A stretch of DNA of 53,607 nucleotides, from the IMG/VR virus record IMGVR_UViG_3300022748_000006. One strand, 5' to 3'. The stretch is from a virus. A program made the position numbers and the translations under genes. Below the pieces are notes generated by a model, which saw only the letters and a program-made list of their open reading frames with translations, was not told the DNA's origin and did not search any database. Below are positions 27,448 to 36,315 of the stretch, in pieces. Every line of letters starts with the position of its first letter. Position 1 is the first letter of the stretch.

Positions 27448-29943
27448 ATGATGATCAGCAATTTTCCCAACTTGATTGCGGCTGAGGACGACGGAACAGA
27501 CGCGCCCGTAACAAAAGCTGGCTCTCTTGCGGCAGCACAAGCAGCAGCCAAAAGAGAGGCGGCTGCTCAGGCTCAAGCGGCAGCACAAAAAGCTGCTCAA
27601 GACAAATTAGCTCAACAGATTCTTGGTTCAAGCGACACATCAAAGTGGAGCGGTGAAGGCTTTGGTTCGGCTCAGGCCAACGCTGCCGACATGGCCAAGA
27701 TCCTGAATAGTATCGGCATCACGGACATCAATCAGTTTGGTCAGATTACAAAGCAAGTTCCAACGTATGATGAAGACGGGAATCAGTCTGGTACTCAAAC
27801 GGTAACAACCTATGGCAACAAAGTAACTGGACAAGAAGTTCCCAACACATACAGCGAACGCCAGACAGGCAACGCTTGGGGTGGAACATTTGCGGGTTCT
27901 GGCAACACTGGCTACCGTGTGCAGTTCGATGCACAGGGCAATCCGATGTTCTATACAACCGGGGCGTCCAGCAGTGACTTGGGTGCAATTGCTCCCTTGC
28001 TTGCGATTGCCTCGATCATTCCATCTCCAATTCAGCCTTTTGCCGCTGCAGCCAATGCTGCTGTGGCCGCAAGCAATGGCAACGTCTTAGGTGCTCTGGC
28101 GTCTGTGGCAGGCATTCCCGGAGCCAGTGAGGCACTGAGCAGCATTCCGGGCGTGAGCGATGCCATGAGTGCCGTCAAAACAGCCAACCAAGTACAAAAC
28201 ACGGTTAAGGCAATAGAGTCTGGTAACGCTCTTGGCGCACTGTCTGGTGCCGCTGGCTTGACTGGAACTGGTGGGACTGAAATTGGTGACACTGGAGTCA
28301 CAGTCTCTGGTGCGCTCAAGGCCGCAAACTTGGCAAATGCAATATCCTCCTCCAATCCAAACGCAATCATCTCTGCCGCCTCAGGCATGATTGGCGGATT
28401 GCCAAAAACAGACAGCAATGCTCCTATGGATGCGGAGGGATTGTCCCAACTTGATCCAGAAGAGCGTGCGGCATACGACAAAGGCGGAATGCAGGGCCTC
28501 AGAGACTACGTTGCCTCGAAAAAAGCTGAGGCAAACGATACGTTAACCCCAGAAACAACACCCACTTCAGTTTCTGGAACAGAATCTGCTGCGCCACCTC
28601 TTTCGTCTGAGACTCAAGTCGCTTCAACTCAGTCACCGCTAGAAAATACGACTTCCACTGCACCTCAAGAGCCACAGCCCAGTGTGGAAATTACAGCACC
28701 TTTGTCCAGTGCGCCAGAGGTCATTTACGAGCCAGTGGTGAGCAAGTTTGTTCCATCAGAAGATACCGAAAAAAATCTTCTTCCAGAACTGAACAATGTG
28801 GTGGTCACGGCACCAAAACAAACCGACAACACGAATGTGGAGCCTTCCGCCCCATTAAATAATCCTGTCGAGAACCCTTTAACGGACAATGTTCCAAACA
28901 TTGAAATCACAGCGCCTCGCATCAGTACGCCTGAAATAACCTATGAGCCAAAGGTTGATACCTTCACGCCTACTGAGACGATTGATACGACAACACCACC
29001 CTCTTCAACCCCTTCAACCCCAAAAACTCCGTCGACTCCATCGACCACAAAGACCACAACAACAGGCGGATTGCCAAGCACCACGCCATCAAAGCTGACT
29101 GCGACTCCATTGGATTCTTCGCCTCAGATGCTCAAGGCGGCACCCATTCAACAGCAAAACCCAGCACGTATGGCAGAACTCCATCAGCTTTATCAATCAT
29201 TGACTCCTGAAATCAAGGCTGCTTTGGCCACACACGGCATTGAAGAGCCTCAAGTCAACAAAGTGGAGTCCGACTCCGCTCCGACTTTCATGGCTGATGG
29301 TGGCTCGGCCTACCAGACCGCTGTTGATGCCATGTCACCAAGGTGGGCACCTGCCGCCAAAATTTTCCTTGAGGCAGCACCTGTGGTTGAACAAAAGCCT
29401 CGACTTGGTGCCCTGACGCACCTGTCTCAGGGCGTCCTGAAGGGCGCGAGACAGCTTGGAGGACTTGCCCATGGGGGTCTGCCCAACAAGTACGAAGAAG
29501 CGGCTCCAAAGGGCCATAAACCCGAATTCATCACGGGTCTGACCGGGTACTATGCCCATGGCGATGGCACGGGTCAGTCCGATGACATTCCGGCCATGCT
29601 ACATGAAGGCGATTTTGTTGTGGACGCAGAGGCTGTTTCTGCCCTTGGTGACGGCTCCAGCAAGGCTGGCGCTGAAGTTCTGTCCAAGTTCCAGCACCAG
29701 ATCCCCCACCGTGATGGTGGCCCGGCACACGGCAAGCCCGTGGCGGCCAAGATCGCTGATGGTGAGTACGTTTTCCCAGAAGCATTTGTCACAGCCCTTG
29801 GAGGCGGCGATAATAAGGCCGGATCTAAGTTGCTGGACGGGATGCGCAAAGAACTGCGAGAGCACAAGCGCTCCGCATCCATCAACAAAATTCCACCCAA
29901 AGCGAAAAGCCCACTTGATTACCTCAAGATGGCGAAAGGTTAA
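27448..29943 (+). CDS. Internal virion/ejection-type protein 1
   Basis: ORF track 27430..29943 trimmed to ATG 27448 after GAGGA. 831 aa. Ala/Gln-rich N-terminus, a Thr/Pro/Ser mucin-like linker and duplicated GDFVVDAEAVSALGDG / GEYVFPEAFVTALGGG units. Confidence 0.7.
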   Translation: MMISNFPNLIAAEDDGTDAPVTKAGSLAAAQAAAKREAAAQAQAAAQKAAQDKLAQQILGSSDTSKWSGEGFGSAQANAADMAKILNSIGITDINQFGQITKQVPTYDEDGNQSGTQTVTTYGNKVTGQEVPNTYSERQTGNAWGGTFAGSGNTGYRVQFDAQGNPMFYTTGASSSDLGAIAPLLAIASIIPSPIQPFAAAANAAVAASNGNVLGALASVAGIPGASEALSSIPGVSDAMSAVKTANQVQNTVKAIESGNALGALSGAAGLTGTGGTEIGDTGVTVSGALKAANLANAISSSNPNAIISAASGMIGGLPKTDSNAPMDAEGLSQLDPEERAAYDKGGMQGLRDYVASKKAEANDTLTPETTPTSVSGTESAAPPLSSETQVASTQSPLENTTSTAPQEPQPSVEITAPLSSAPEVIYEPVVSKFVPSEDTEKNLLPELNNVVVTAPKQTDNTNVEPSAPLNNPVENPLTDNVPNIEITAPRISTPEITYEPKVDTFTPTETIDTTTPPSSTPSTPKTPSTPSTTKTTTTGGLPSTTPSKLTATPLDSSPQMLKAAPIQQQNPARMAELHQLYQSLTPEIKAALATHGIEEPQVNKVESDSAPTFMADGGSAYQTAVDAMSPRWAPAAKIFLEAAPVVEQKPRLGALTHLSQGVLKGARQLGGLAHGGLPNKYEEAAPKGHKPEFITGLTGYYAHGDGTGQSDDIPAMLHEGDFVVDAEAVSALGDGSSKAGAEVLSKFQHQIPHRDGGPAHGKPVAAKIADGEYVFPEAFVTALGGGDNKAGSKLLDGMRKELREHKRSASINKIPPKAKSPLDYLKMAKG
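29263..29279. repeat. Palindrome copy GTGGAGTCCGACTCCgC (16/17)
   Basis: Inside internal protein 1, read as KVESDS. Confidence 0.9.
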
Positions 29944-29945
29944 AA

Positions 29946-31004
29946 ATGGCGAACTTGCTCCAATCATCTCAGACGCAAGCCACACAGGCTCCATCGTTTT
30001 ATACCGACTACCTGAGCAATCTTGCGACGGCTGGCAAAGAAGCCGCCACTGGCGCTCAATACGTCGGTGCTCAGCCTTTGCAGGAGCAGGCGTTCCAGAA
30101 TGTCGGTGAAGCAGCCTCCGCCTTCCAGCCTACCCTTGAGGCTGCTGGGAACACCCTTGGTGCCGCAACCAGTGCAACAAGTCCCCTGTCTGCTGCATCG
30201 CCCTACCTGACTTCGGCCAGCGGTGATGTAGGTGCTGCAGCCAGCGGCCTCATGAGTCCGTACATCCAGAACGTGGTGAACTCCATCGGTGATGTAGGCC
30301 AGCGCAACATTACGCAAAACTTGGCTCCTCAGGCCACGGCTGCTGCGGTGGGTTCGGGTCAGTTTGGATCGAAGCGTGGCGCTGAGGTGCTGGGTCAGAC
30401 TATTCAAAACGCTGATCGTGACATCCTGAACCAGCAATACAACGCCCTGAATACGGGCTACAACACCGCCTTGCAGACCGCCTTGGCTCAGAAACAACTG
30501 GAAGGCACTCTTGGCAGCACCGCAGGCAATTTGGCGTCTGCAGGTCAGCAGAACCTGATCAACGCAGGCGCACAGCAAGGTCAGTTGGCATCGACCAACC
30601 AGAATTTGAACTTGGCCAACATCAACGCCTTGGCCACACTGGGCGGTCAGCAGCAGACGATTGCCCAAAACAAAGAACTGTTCCCATTGACCAATCTGTC
30701 GACCTTGTCCGGCATTCTGCGCGGCTACAACGTGCCAACAAGTACGACGACGACTGCAAATATGTCGCCGCTGTCTGCACTGGCTGGAGTTGGTACCGGA
30801 GCCGTCGGCTTGTTCACGCCAAACGCAAGTGGTCAGACTCCATATGACAGCATCAAAGCTGCTTGGGACAAAATGACCAGCGGATCATCAAGCGGCGGGT
30901 CAAGTAGTGGAACAGACATTTATGGAAACCCAAATGGAACAGGTGGATCAACCGGGTACATTGACCCAAATACTGGCGAATGGGTTGACGCACCCGCACC
31001 ATAA
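29946..31004 (+). CDS. Internal virion/ejection-type protein 2
   Basis: 352-aa Ala/Gln/Gly/Ser-rich ORF. Confidence 0.65.
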   Translation: MANLLQSSQTQATQAPSFYTDYLSNLATAGKEAATGAQYVGAQPLQEQAFQNVGEAASAFQPTLEAAGNTLGAATSATSPLSAASPYLTSASGDVGAAASGLMSPYIQNVVNSIGDVGQRNITQNLAPQATAAAVGSGQFGSKRGAEVLGQTIQNADRDILNQQYNALNTGYNTALQTALAQKQLEGTLGSTAGNLASAGQQNLINAGAQQGQLASTNQNLNLANINALATLGGQQQTIAQNKELFPLTNLSTLSGILRGYNVPTSTTTTANMSPLSALAGVGTGAVGLFTPNASGQTPYDSIKAAWDKMTSGSSSGGSSSGTDIYGNPNGTGGSTGYIDPNTGEWVDAPAP

Positions 31005-31019
31005 TTAAAGGAACAAATC

Positions 31020-32534
31020 ATGGCAGGCGAAACAAAAACACCAACCCTTGGCGCACTGTCTGGGTCTTTTGATCCAAACAAGTTCCCAGTGTATGACCGA
31101 GCCGAGGGCGCTCAGGAAGAATACAACCAAGGCATTGAAAAAATGATCAAGTCGCTGGAGCAGCGTTATGCCCAGCCAAACTGGTTCAAGGTGGCATCAG
31201 GTTTTCTGAAACCCCAACTTGGGGGCTTTGCTGCATCTTTGGGTTCCGCTTCTGAGGCTCTTGGTGAAAACGTAGAACAGCAACGTGCTATGGAATTGCC
31301 GATTGCAGAGTTGCGTGCCAAGTTGGCTCAGTCCAAAGCTGTCATGGGACAAAACGTCGCTGTTGCCGATGAAATCAAGCAATGGCACAAGGACAACCCA
31401 AATCAAGTACCGCCTCCCGGCTTGGTTTCTCATTGGCTTGCCAAAGCACCAGATCTTCCTGCGGCAAAATCATTGGGAGCACAGCAAGAGCTTTCAATGA
31501 AACAGCAGCAACTCCTTTCAACTCAGCAGGCCACAGAACTTAAATTGCTGTCGGAACTGCGTACAGAGGGAAAAATTACACCGCAAGAATATCAATCTCG
31601 ACTTTTGGAATTGCGTTCTCGCTTGAGCGGCATTCCCAGCTTCCCGAATGCGCCTTCCACGCCGGGAAGCGCAACATCGAGCACCACAAGCACTACACCA
31701 ACGCCAGTGGAAACAGGCGCACCCGCAGAAGCGACAAATACTGCTCAACCACCAGCGGCTTCCGCGCCTGCAGCGCCTGCAACAAAACCACCAACGCCTC
31801 AGCAAGATTTTGAAAATTTCCAGATCAAGCCAACGTACACCTCAAGCATGTTGCATGATCGCCCCGTGACGGCCAAAGAGCAGGCGGACAATGCGCAAGT
31901 CTTGAAGAATGCCGCATTGCTTGAAGATGAAAAAGCAGCCCAATGGAAAGGTTTGCAACGGGTGATGAACCCAACAAATTATGCAACCGCAAACAAGGCC
32001 AATGAGGCAGGCCTGAAGATGATGAAAAATGAGCCTGATACCGTAGCGGAAATAAGCGAATTGCTGCGCCAAAAGGGGCCAATTGCCAACTTGTTGGCTG
32101 GTGGTGTTGGCGTTCACGTCGGGCCTTATGGAGCAAGTTTCAGCCTTCAAGGCCTTGCTCCAGCATTGGTTTCAGGGCTTAAACAAGAGAAGCGTAATGC
32201 ATATGACAAACTTCTCAACGCATTGGCAAAAAGCACGTACTACGACTTGTTGAGTCGAGGTATTGATCCCGAAAAAGAGGGTGCAGAAAAGTTTGGTCAG
32301 CGTATGCTTCAAGAGGCAAACATTGGACAAGGCTCCGAAGCAATCCACCGTGCTTTTGCGGAAAACGATGTTCGTTTGCGTCACAACAAGAATGTCTATA
32401 AAGCGTTGACAAAGTTGTATCCCAAAGCCACAGCAACAGGCTCTCTTACACCCTTGCATGATCTGTATTCGCAGCATCCCGAGATGCGCGTCTTGGACAA
32501 AATGCTTGAGATGAAGTTGGGCGAAATCCAGTAA
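31020..32534 (+). CDS. Internal virion/ejection-type protein 3
   Basis: 504-aa ORF with a Pro/Thr/Ala-rich linker. Confidence 0.65.
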   Translation: MAGETKTPTLGALSGSFDPNKFPVYDRAEGAQEEYNQGIEKMIKSLEQRYAQPNWFKVASGFLKPQLGGFAASLGSASEALGENVEQQRAMELPIAELRAKLAQSKAVMGQNVAVADEIKQWHKDNPNQVPPPGLVSHWLAKAPDLPAAKSLGAQQELSMKQQQLLSTQQATELKLLSELRTEGKITPQEYQSRLLELRSRLSGIPSFPNAPSTPGSATSSTTSTTPTPVETGAPAEATNTAQPPAASAPAAPATKPPTPQQDFENFQIKPTYTSSMLHDRPVTAKEQADNAQVLKNAALLEDEKAAQWKGLQRVMNPTNYATANKANEAGLKMMKNEPDTVAEISELLRQKGPIANLLAGGVGVHVGPYGASFSLQGLAPALVSGLKQEKRNAYDKLLNALAKSTYYDLLSRGIDPEKEGAEKFGQRMLQEANIGQGSEAIHRAFAENDVRLRHNKNVYKALTKLYPKATATGSLTPLHDLYSQHPEMRVLDKMLEMKLGEIQ

Positions 32535-32543
32535 AGGCACGTT

Positions 32544-34079
32544 ATGGACGAAGAAGAAATCGCAAGGATTGCAGCGCAACGGATCAAAGAGGAAAAGGCT
32601 AACGAGAAATCGTCAACGCCAACAGATTCTCATGTTCATCGTGAGGCGCAACGCAGAATTGAATCCGAGAGGGCTGCACCAGCACCCGCGCCACGACCAA
32701 CTCGTGAACAATGGATGTCGTACAACCCGGGCGGTGATTACGGTGCGGCCATGAGGGAGCGTGACGCAAATCCAATGAACGTGGTGACGGAAGATTCAAG
32801 CGCATCGAACTTTGCCGAAACTCAAGCAAGGCTTGCAGAGGCGGCAAAAAGGCTGGAAGAAAAAAAGAGCAAGGAAGGTTCTGGCAGTAACATTGCTGGA
32901 ACCTTGGGCGCTGCATACTCCGAAATTCCAGATGACTTGAAGCCATTGGTTTTGGGTGGTGCTGGTGTAGCCGCAGGAAAAGTTCTCAGAAGCACACTGC
33001 CTCAAGAGCACGTCATTGGCACGCCTGAATATCTGGACAAGCAGCAACAATACAAAACTCTGGTGAGAAGCGAAGACCCGGCATATCGTGCAGCCACACA
33101 GGCCTACAACACGATGGTTGGATCTGAGCAACAGCATTTTGATCAACAAAAAATGCTGGAGCAGCAGCGCCTTGCGGCTCAGTTGCAGCATGAGGCTCAT
33201 CTCGATGAGTTGCGACGTGCTCAAGCTGCTCATGCCCACGCGCAGACACTGACATTCGAAGATGAAATGGCTCGTCGATCAGGTGCTCCGACAACGACAA
33301 GTGCTCCTCAATTGACCTTCCAGCCTCGCGGTGGTGAAGGAAGCCAAAACTACGCTCTGAAGTTTGGTGCTGGTGAAGAAGAGGCTCGTCGAGTTCCCAG
33401 CATGTCTGTGATGCAGCAGCAAAACATCCCAGCACAGCAGCAGGCTTGGCAGAAAATTTCAAACATTGCACCCACCTTTGACGTTGTCAAGGAAAGCCCA
33501 TTGATCCTTGGCACGGAGGGTCAGCAGGCTGTGCGTGAGCGCGTTGGTCAACAGCAACAACAAAAAACTCATGTCGAGACCGAGCAAGAGCGACTCCGTC
33601 GTGAAATTGCACGTCGTAAGGCCGAGGCACAGATTCGTTTGGAAAATGCTCAAGAGACAGCAAGGTTAAGTGCAAGGGCTGCAGAGGCTGCAAACAAGGC
33701 TCATGCCGCCCATGTGGTTAAGCCACCAATTACGGCAGCCCATCAATCCGCTTATGAATCCACAAGGGATGCCTTGGCGGACATTCAGGAAAAAATTATT
33801 GAAGGCAAGCAGCACCCGTTGGCTCGTTTTGGCGCTAAGGTTGCTGGACGTTTCGTTCCGACTGCTGGCGCTGCTTTTGCTCCTCTTGAGGCTGAAGCTG
33901 CAAAGCGTGAGTGGGAAAACAAAAACTATGGCCGGGCAGCCATCCATGGCCTCGGAACTGTGGGTGCGTTGGCCCAAGCAACTGGCGTCCCCCTTTTGAT
34001 GGGGGCTGGCGATATTGCACAGATTCCAGCCGCTGGATTGGCGGCATACGATCTTTTCAGCCGACCAACAAAAGACTGA
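32544..34079 (+). CDS. Internal virion/ejection-type protein 4 (C-terminal hydrophobic segment)
   Basis: 511-aa ORF with charged coiled-coil stretches. C-terminus: GTVGALAQATGVPLLMGAGDIAQIPAAGLAAY. Confidence 0.65.
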   Translation: MDEEEIARIAAQRIKEEKANEKSSTPTDSHVHREAQRRIESERAAPAPAPRPTREQWMSYNPGGDYGAAMRERDANPMNVVTEDSSASNFAETQARLAEAAKRLEEKKSKEGSGSNIAGTLGAAYSEIPDDLKPLVLGGAGVAAGKVLRSTLPQEHVIGTPEYLDKQQQYKTLVRSEDPAYRAATQAYNTMVGSEQQHFDQQKMLEQQRLAAQLQHEAHLDELRRAQAAHAHAQTLTFEDEMARRSGAPTTTSAPQLTFQPRGGEGSQNYALKFGAGEEEARRVPSMSVMQQQNIPAQQQAWQKISNIAPTFDVVKESPLILGTEGQQAVRERVGQQQQQKTHVETEQERLRREIARRKAEAQIRLENAQETARLSARAAEAANKAHAAHVVKPPITAAHQSAYESTRDALADIQEKIIEGKQHPLARFGAKVAGRFVPTAGAAFAPLEAEAAKREWENKNYGRAAIHGLGTVGALAQATGVPLLMGAGDIAQIPAAGLAAYDLFSRPTKD

Positions 34080-34134
34080 AAACGCATGCACCAACAAACC
34101 AAACCAAAATGCAAATTGCAAAATAACGCAACAT
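34057..34134 (-). CDS. Candidate 25-aa hydrophobic peptide
   Basis: MLRYFAICILVWFVGACVFSLLLVG. ATG is preceded by CAGGAGAAC. Last ORF of the leftward operon, overlapping the 3' end of 32544..34079 convergently. Below the track threshold. Confidence 0.3.
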   Translation of the reverse strand: MLRYFAICILVWFVGACVFSLLLVG

Positions 34135-34194
34135 GATGTTCTCCTGATCACGACGGCTGTCTCCCCGCCGTGAACCCTGTAGGGGGTTGGTTCG

Positions 34195-34228
34195 CCCCCC
34201 CCACTCAAAAGGTGGGGGGTCTTTTTTC
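34195..34228 (+). terminator. Intrinsic terminator closing the rightward structural operon
   Basis: CCCCCCAC-TCAAAAG-GTGGGGGG followed by TCTTTTTT. Confidence 0.8.
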
Positions 34229-34294
34229 ATGAGGCCAGAATCATCCAGACCATCATTACAATGAAGATGATCGGGAAGATGTTGAGAAGGCCCC

Positions 34295-34528
34295 TCACGC
34301 CTTGCCCCTGACCTGCTCGATTCGCTCGGCCACCAGATAGTTGACTGAGCGTGCCACGTCGACGCACTTGGCGCGTTCCTCCTTCTGGATGGCTGGTGTT
34401 GCAGCGGCCACAAATGCGTTGGCCAAGAGCACCAGATCGTCCTCAAGGAAGTTGTAGTTCTCTTCCAGCTTCACAGAGCGGAAGGCCTCACCCACTTGTT
34501 CGGGCGTCAGTTCAATTTTTTCGGTCAT
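34295..34528 (-). CDS. Hypothetical protein (ERxxC..RG-type small protein family)
   Basis: 77 aa. The C-terminal KEERAKCVDVA..IEQVRGKA resembles the ERExC..IRARG paralogues elsewhere in the genome. Confidence 0.65.
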   Translation of the reverse strand: MTEKIELTPEQVGEAFRSVKLEENYNFLEDDLVLLANAFVAAATPAIQKEERAKCVDVARSVNYLVAERIEQVRGKA

Positions 34529-34995
34529 ACGATTCCCCAGTCTTCACAAAGCATGTCGGATTGCGATGCAACCCAAGGCATGAACTGATCATCCACAGTT
34601 TTGATTCCCACCCATGGACGGCCATCTAGCAATTCCAGACCTCGCGTGGTCTCCCAGTGCGAGGCCGGGATCAAGTGCAGCCACATCCCCTTGCCATTCC
34701 AGCCCTTCCGAGCCACCTTGTGGCCCATTTTGAGCGCTTCCAAGGCCATGCTGAAGGTCAGGCAGTCTGCAGGCCTGTAGGCCTTCTCAAACACTTCCTT
34801 GGGCGACCACGAAATGTAGCCCTTGAAGTTGGGGTGATTGGCTTGGCCACCGTCAACGTACTCGACGAGGTACCCGGCGTCATCACCATTCTCGTCAGCA
34901 GGGAGTTCCCAGCCTCGGAGGATGTTGTACGCCGCACGGGTCATGTCGATGGCGTTGATCAGCTTGGTGCCGATATACGGCTTCATGTCGCTCAT
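34525..34995 (-). CDS. DUF2829-type (Tad2-like) protein with N-terminal extension
   Basis: The C-terminal half LEALKMGHKVARKGWNGKGMWL..PWVASQSDMLCEDWGIV matches the DUF2829 signature (ALxxGxxVARxGWNGKGM..PW..SQxDxLAEDWxI). Confidence 0.7.
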   Translation of the reverse strand: MSDMKPYIGTKLINAIDMTRAAYNILRGWELPADENGDDAGYLVEYVDGGQANHPNFKGYISWSPKEVFEKAYRPADCLTFSMALEALKMGHKVARKGWNGKGMWLHLIPASHWETTRGLELLDGRPWVGIKTVDDQFMPWVASQSDMLCEDWGIV

Positions 34996-35002
34996 GGTTT
35001 CC

Positions 35003-35926
35003 TCACTTCAGGTTAATAAATGGGGTGGATGATCCAGCCATAGTCTCTGGCAGCTTGCCATTCCATTTTTCAATGGCTTTGAGTTGCACGTAGGATGCGC
35101 CGCCTTGGCTATTGATCGCCTGAGTCTCGATCTGGATGGCTTTGGCACGGCCTTCAGCCTTGGCAATCTCTTGCTTGGCCTCGACCTCGATACGGGCCAG
35201 ATCTTGCTCGGCCTTTAGCTTGGACTGAGTGGCCGTCACCTTTGCTTCGATGGCCTTTTGATACTCAGCACTGAAGCCAAAGTTGACCAAAGAAATGTCG
35301 CCAACAGTGATGCTGTATTTCATCAACTTGCTGTTCAATTCCTCGCGGATCTGCTGAGAGACTTGATCGCGTTTTGTGATTAGCTCTTCGCTGGTGTAGT
35401 GCGCCGTCACAGCCTTGAACGATTCGTTCAGGATCGGCAATATCACACGGTCTTGCAGGTCAAGACCAAACTCTTTGTAGATGTGCGCAGCCTTCGTGCC
35501 GTCCAGTCGGTAGTTCACCACAATGTTGGTGTGAACTTGTTGGAGGTCACGAGTACCAGCACTGGCATTTTCCAGCTTTGTGGAGACCAGCCTCACTTCG
35601 ACATTTTTGATCCCGGAAAACGGGTTCACGAAATGAAGGCCTTCAGTCAACGTCGTTTGATTGACCGTGCCAAACGTCACTTGCACTCCGATGTGGCCAG
35701 CAGGAACGATGACGTAGGACTCTGTGAGGATGTACAGCGCCACAACAATGACGGAAACAATGCTTGCCATCTTTGTATGGAACTTTGGAGCGGAAGGTGG
35801 CGTGGTACCACGCATTCTGGCTTTGCGTTCTGCATATCCGTAATTGTTTGCCTCATGGGCGTAGATTGCAGACGCAACCCCAAATGGAATTGCGGCAAGA
35901 AAAATTGACAGAAAAATGATGATCAT
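35003..35926 (-). CDS. SPFH/Band-7 (prohibitin/HflKC-like) membrane protein
   Basis: 307 aa. VIVPAGHIGVQVTFGTVN..GLHFVNPF and a long coiled-coil C-terminus. RBS GAGGTG lies before ATG 35926. Two N-terminal hydrophobic segments. Confidence 0.85.
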   Translation of the reverse strand: MIIIFLSIFLAAIPFGVASAIYAHEANNYGYAERKARMRGTTPPSAPKFHTKMASIVSVIVVALYILTESYVIVPAGHIGVQVTFGTVNQTTLTEGLHFVNPFSGIKNVEVRLVSTKLENASAGTRDLQQVHTNIVVNYRLDGTKAAHIYKEFGLDLQDRVILPILNESFKAVTAHYTSEELITKRDQVSQQIREELNSKLMKYSITVGDISLVNFGFSAEYQKAIEAKVTATQSKLKAEQDLARIEVEAKQEIAKAEGRAKAIQIETQAINSQGGASYVQLKAIEKWNGKLPETMAGSSTPFINLK

Positions 35927-35935
35927 ATTGACACC

Positions 35936-36103
35936 TCAAAACATTCCAAACCAAACGCAAGTTCCGTGGATGCAGCCAACGGGGAACACGATGGTCCCAA
36001 TGAGCAACAGAATCCACTTGGCGCTGCTGATGCAGGTGACCACATGGGTGAGCCATGCAAGGCCCACCCACGCGACCACGCTCAAACTGAGTAGGTCGCC
36101 CAT
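35936..36103 (-). CDS. Small two-TM membrane protein (55 aa)
   Basis: Not in the track. ATG lies 6 nt after GGAG. MGDLLSLSVVAWVGLAWL..ILLLIGTIVFPVGCI. Stops 10 nt before the SPFH start. Confidence 0.5.
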   Translation of the reverse strand: MGDLLSLSVVAWVGLAWLTHVVTCISSAKWILLLIGTIVFPVGCIHGTCVWFGMF

Positions 36104-36106
36104 GGA

Positions 36107-36313
36107 TTACTCCACGCCGGGCAGTTCTTGCTGCTCGGGGTTCTTGTAGTTCTCCACAGTCACACCTGCGGTCATCAACTCCACCAGATCAGTCTGGGAC
36201 GCCACATGGGCGTGGATGGTGTTGTGTGCCACATGGGCAATTGCTTGGGACTTGGTGTTTGCGTTCACCAGACGGATGCCGCTAGGGCCACCAACTACAT
36301 AAATACGTGCCAT
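36107..36313 (-). CDS. Hypothetical protein (68 aa)
   Basis: ORF track 36107..36457 trimmed to MARIYVVGG (TAATCATG junction with the upstream gene). Confidence 0.6.
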   Translation of the reverse strand: MARIYVVGGPSGIRLVNANTKSQAIAHVAHNTIHAHVASQTDLVELMTAGVTVENYKNPEQQELPGVE

Positions 36314-36315
36314 GA

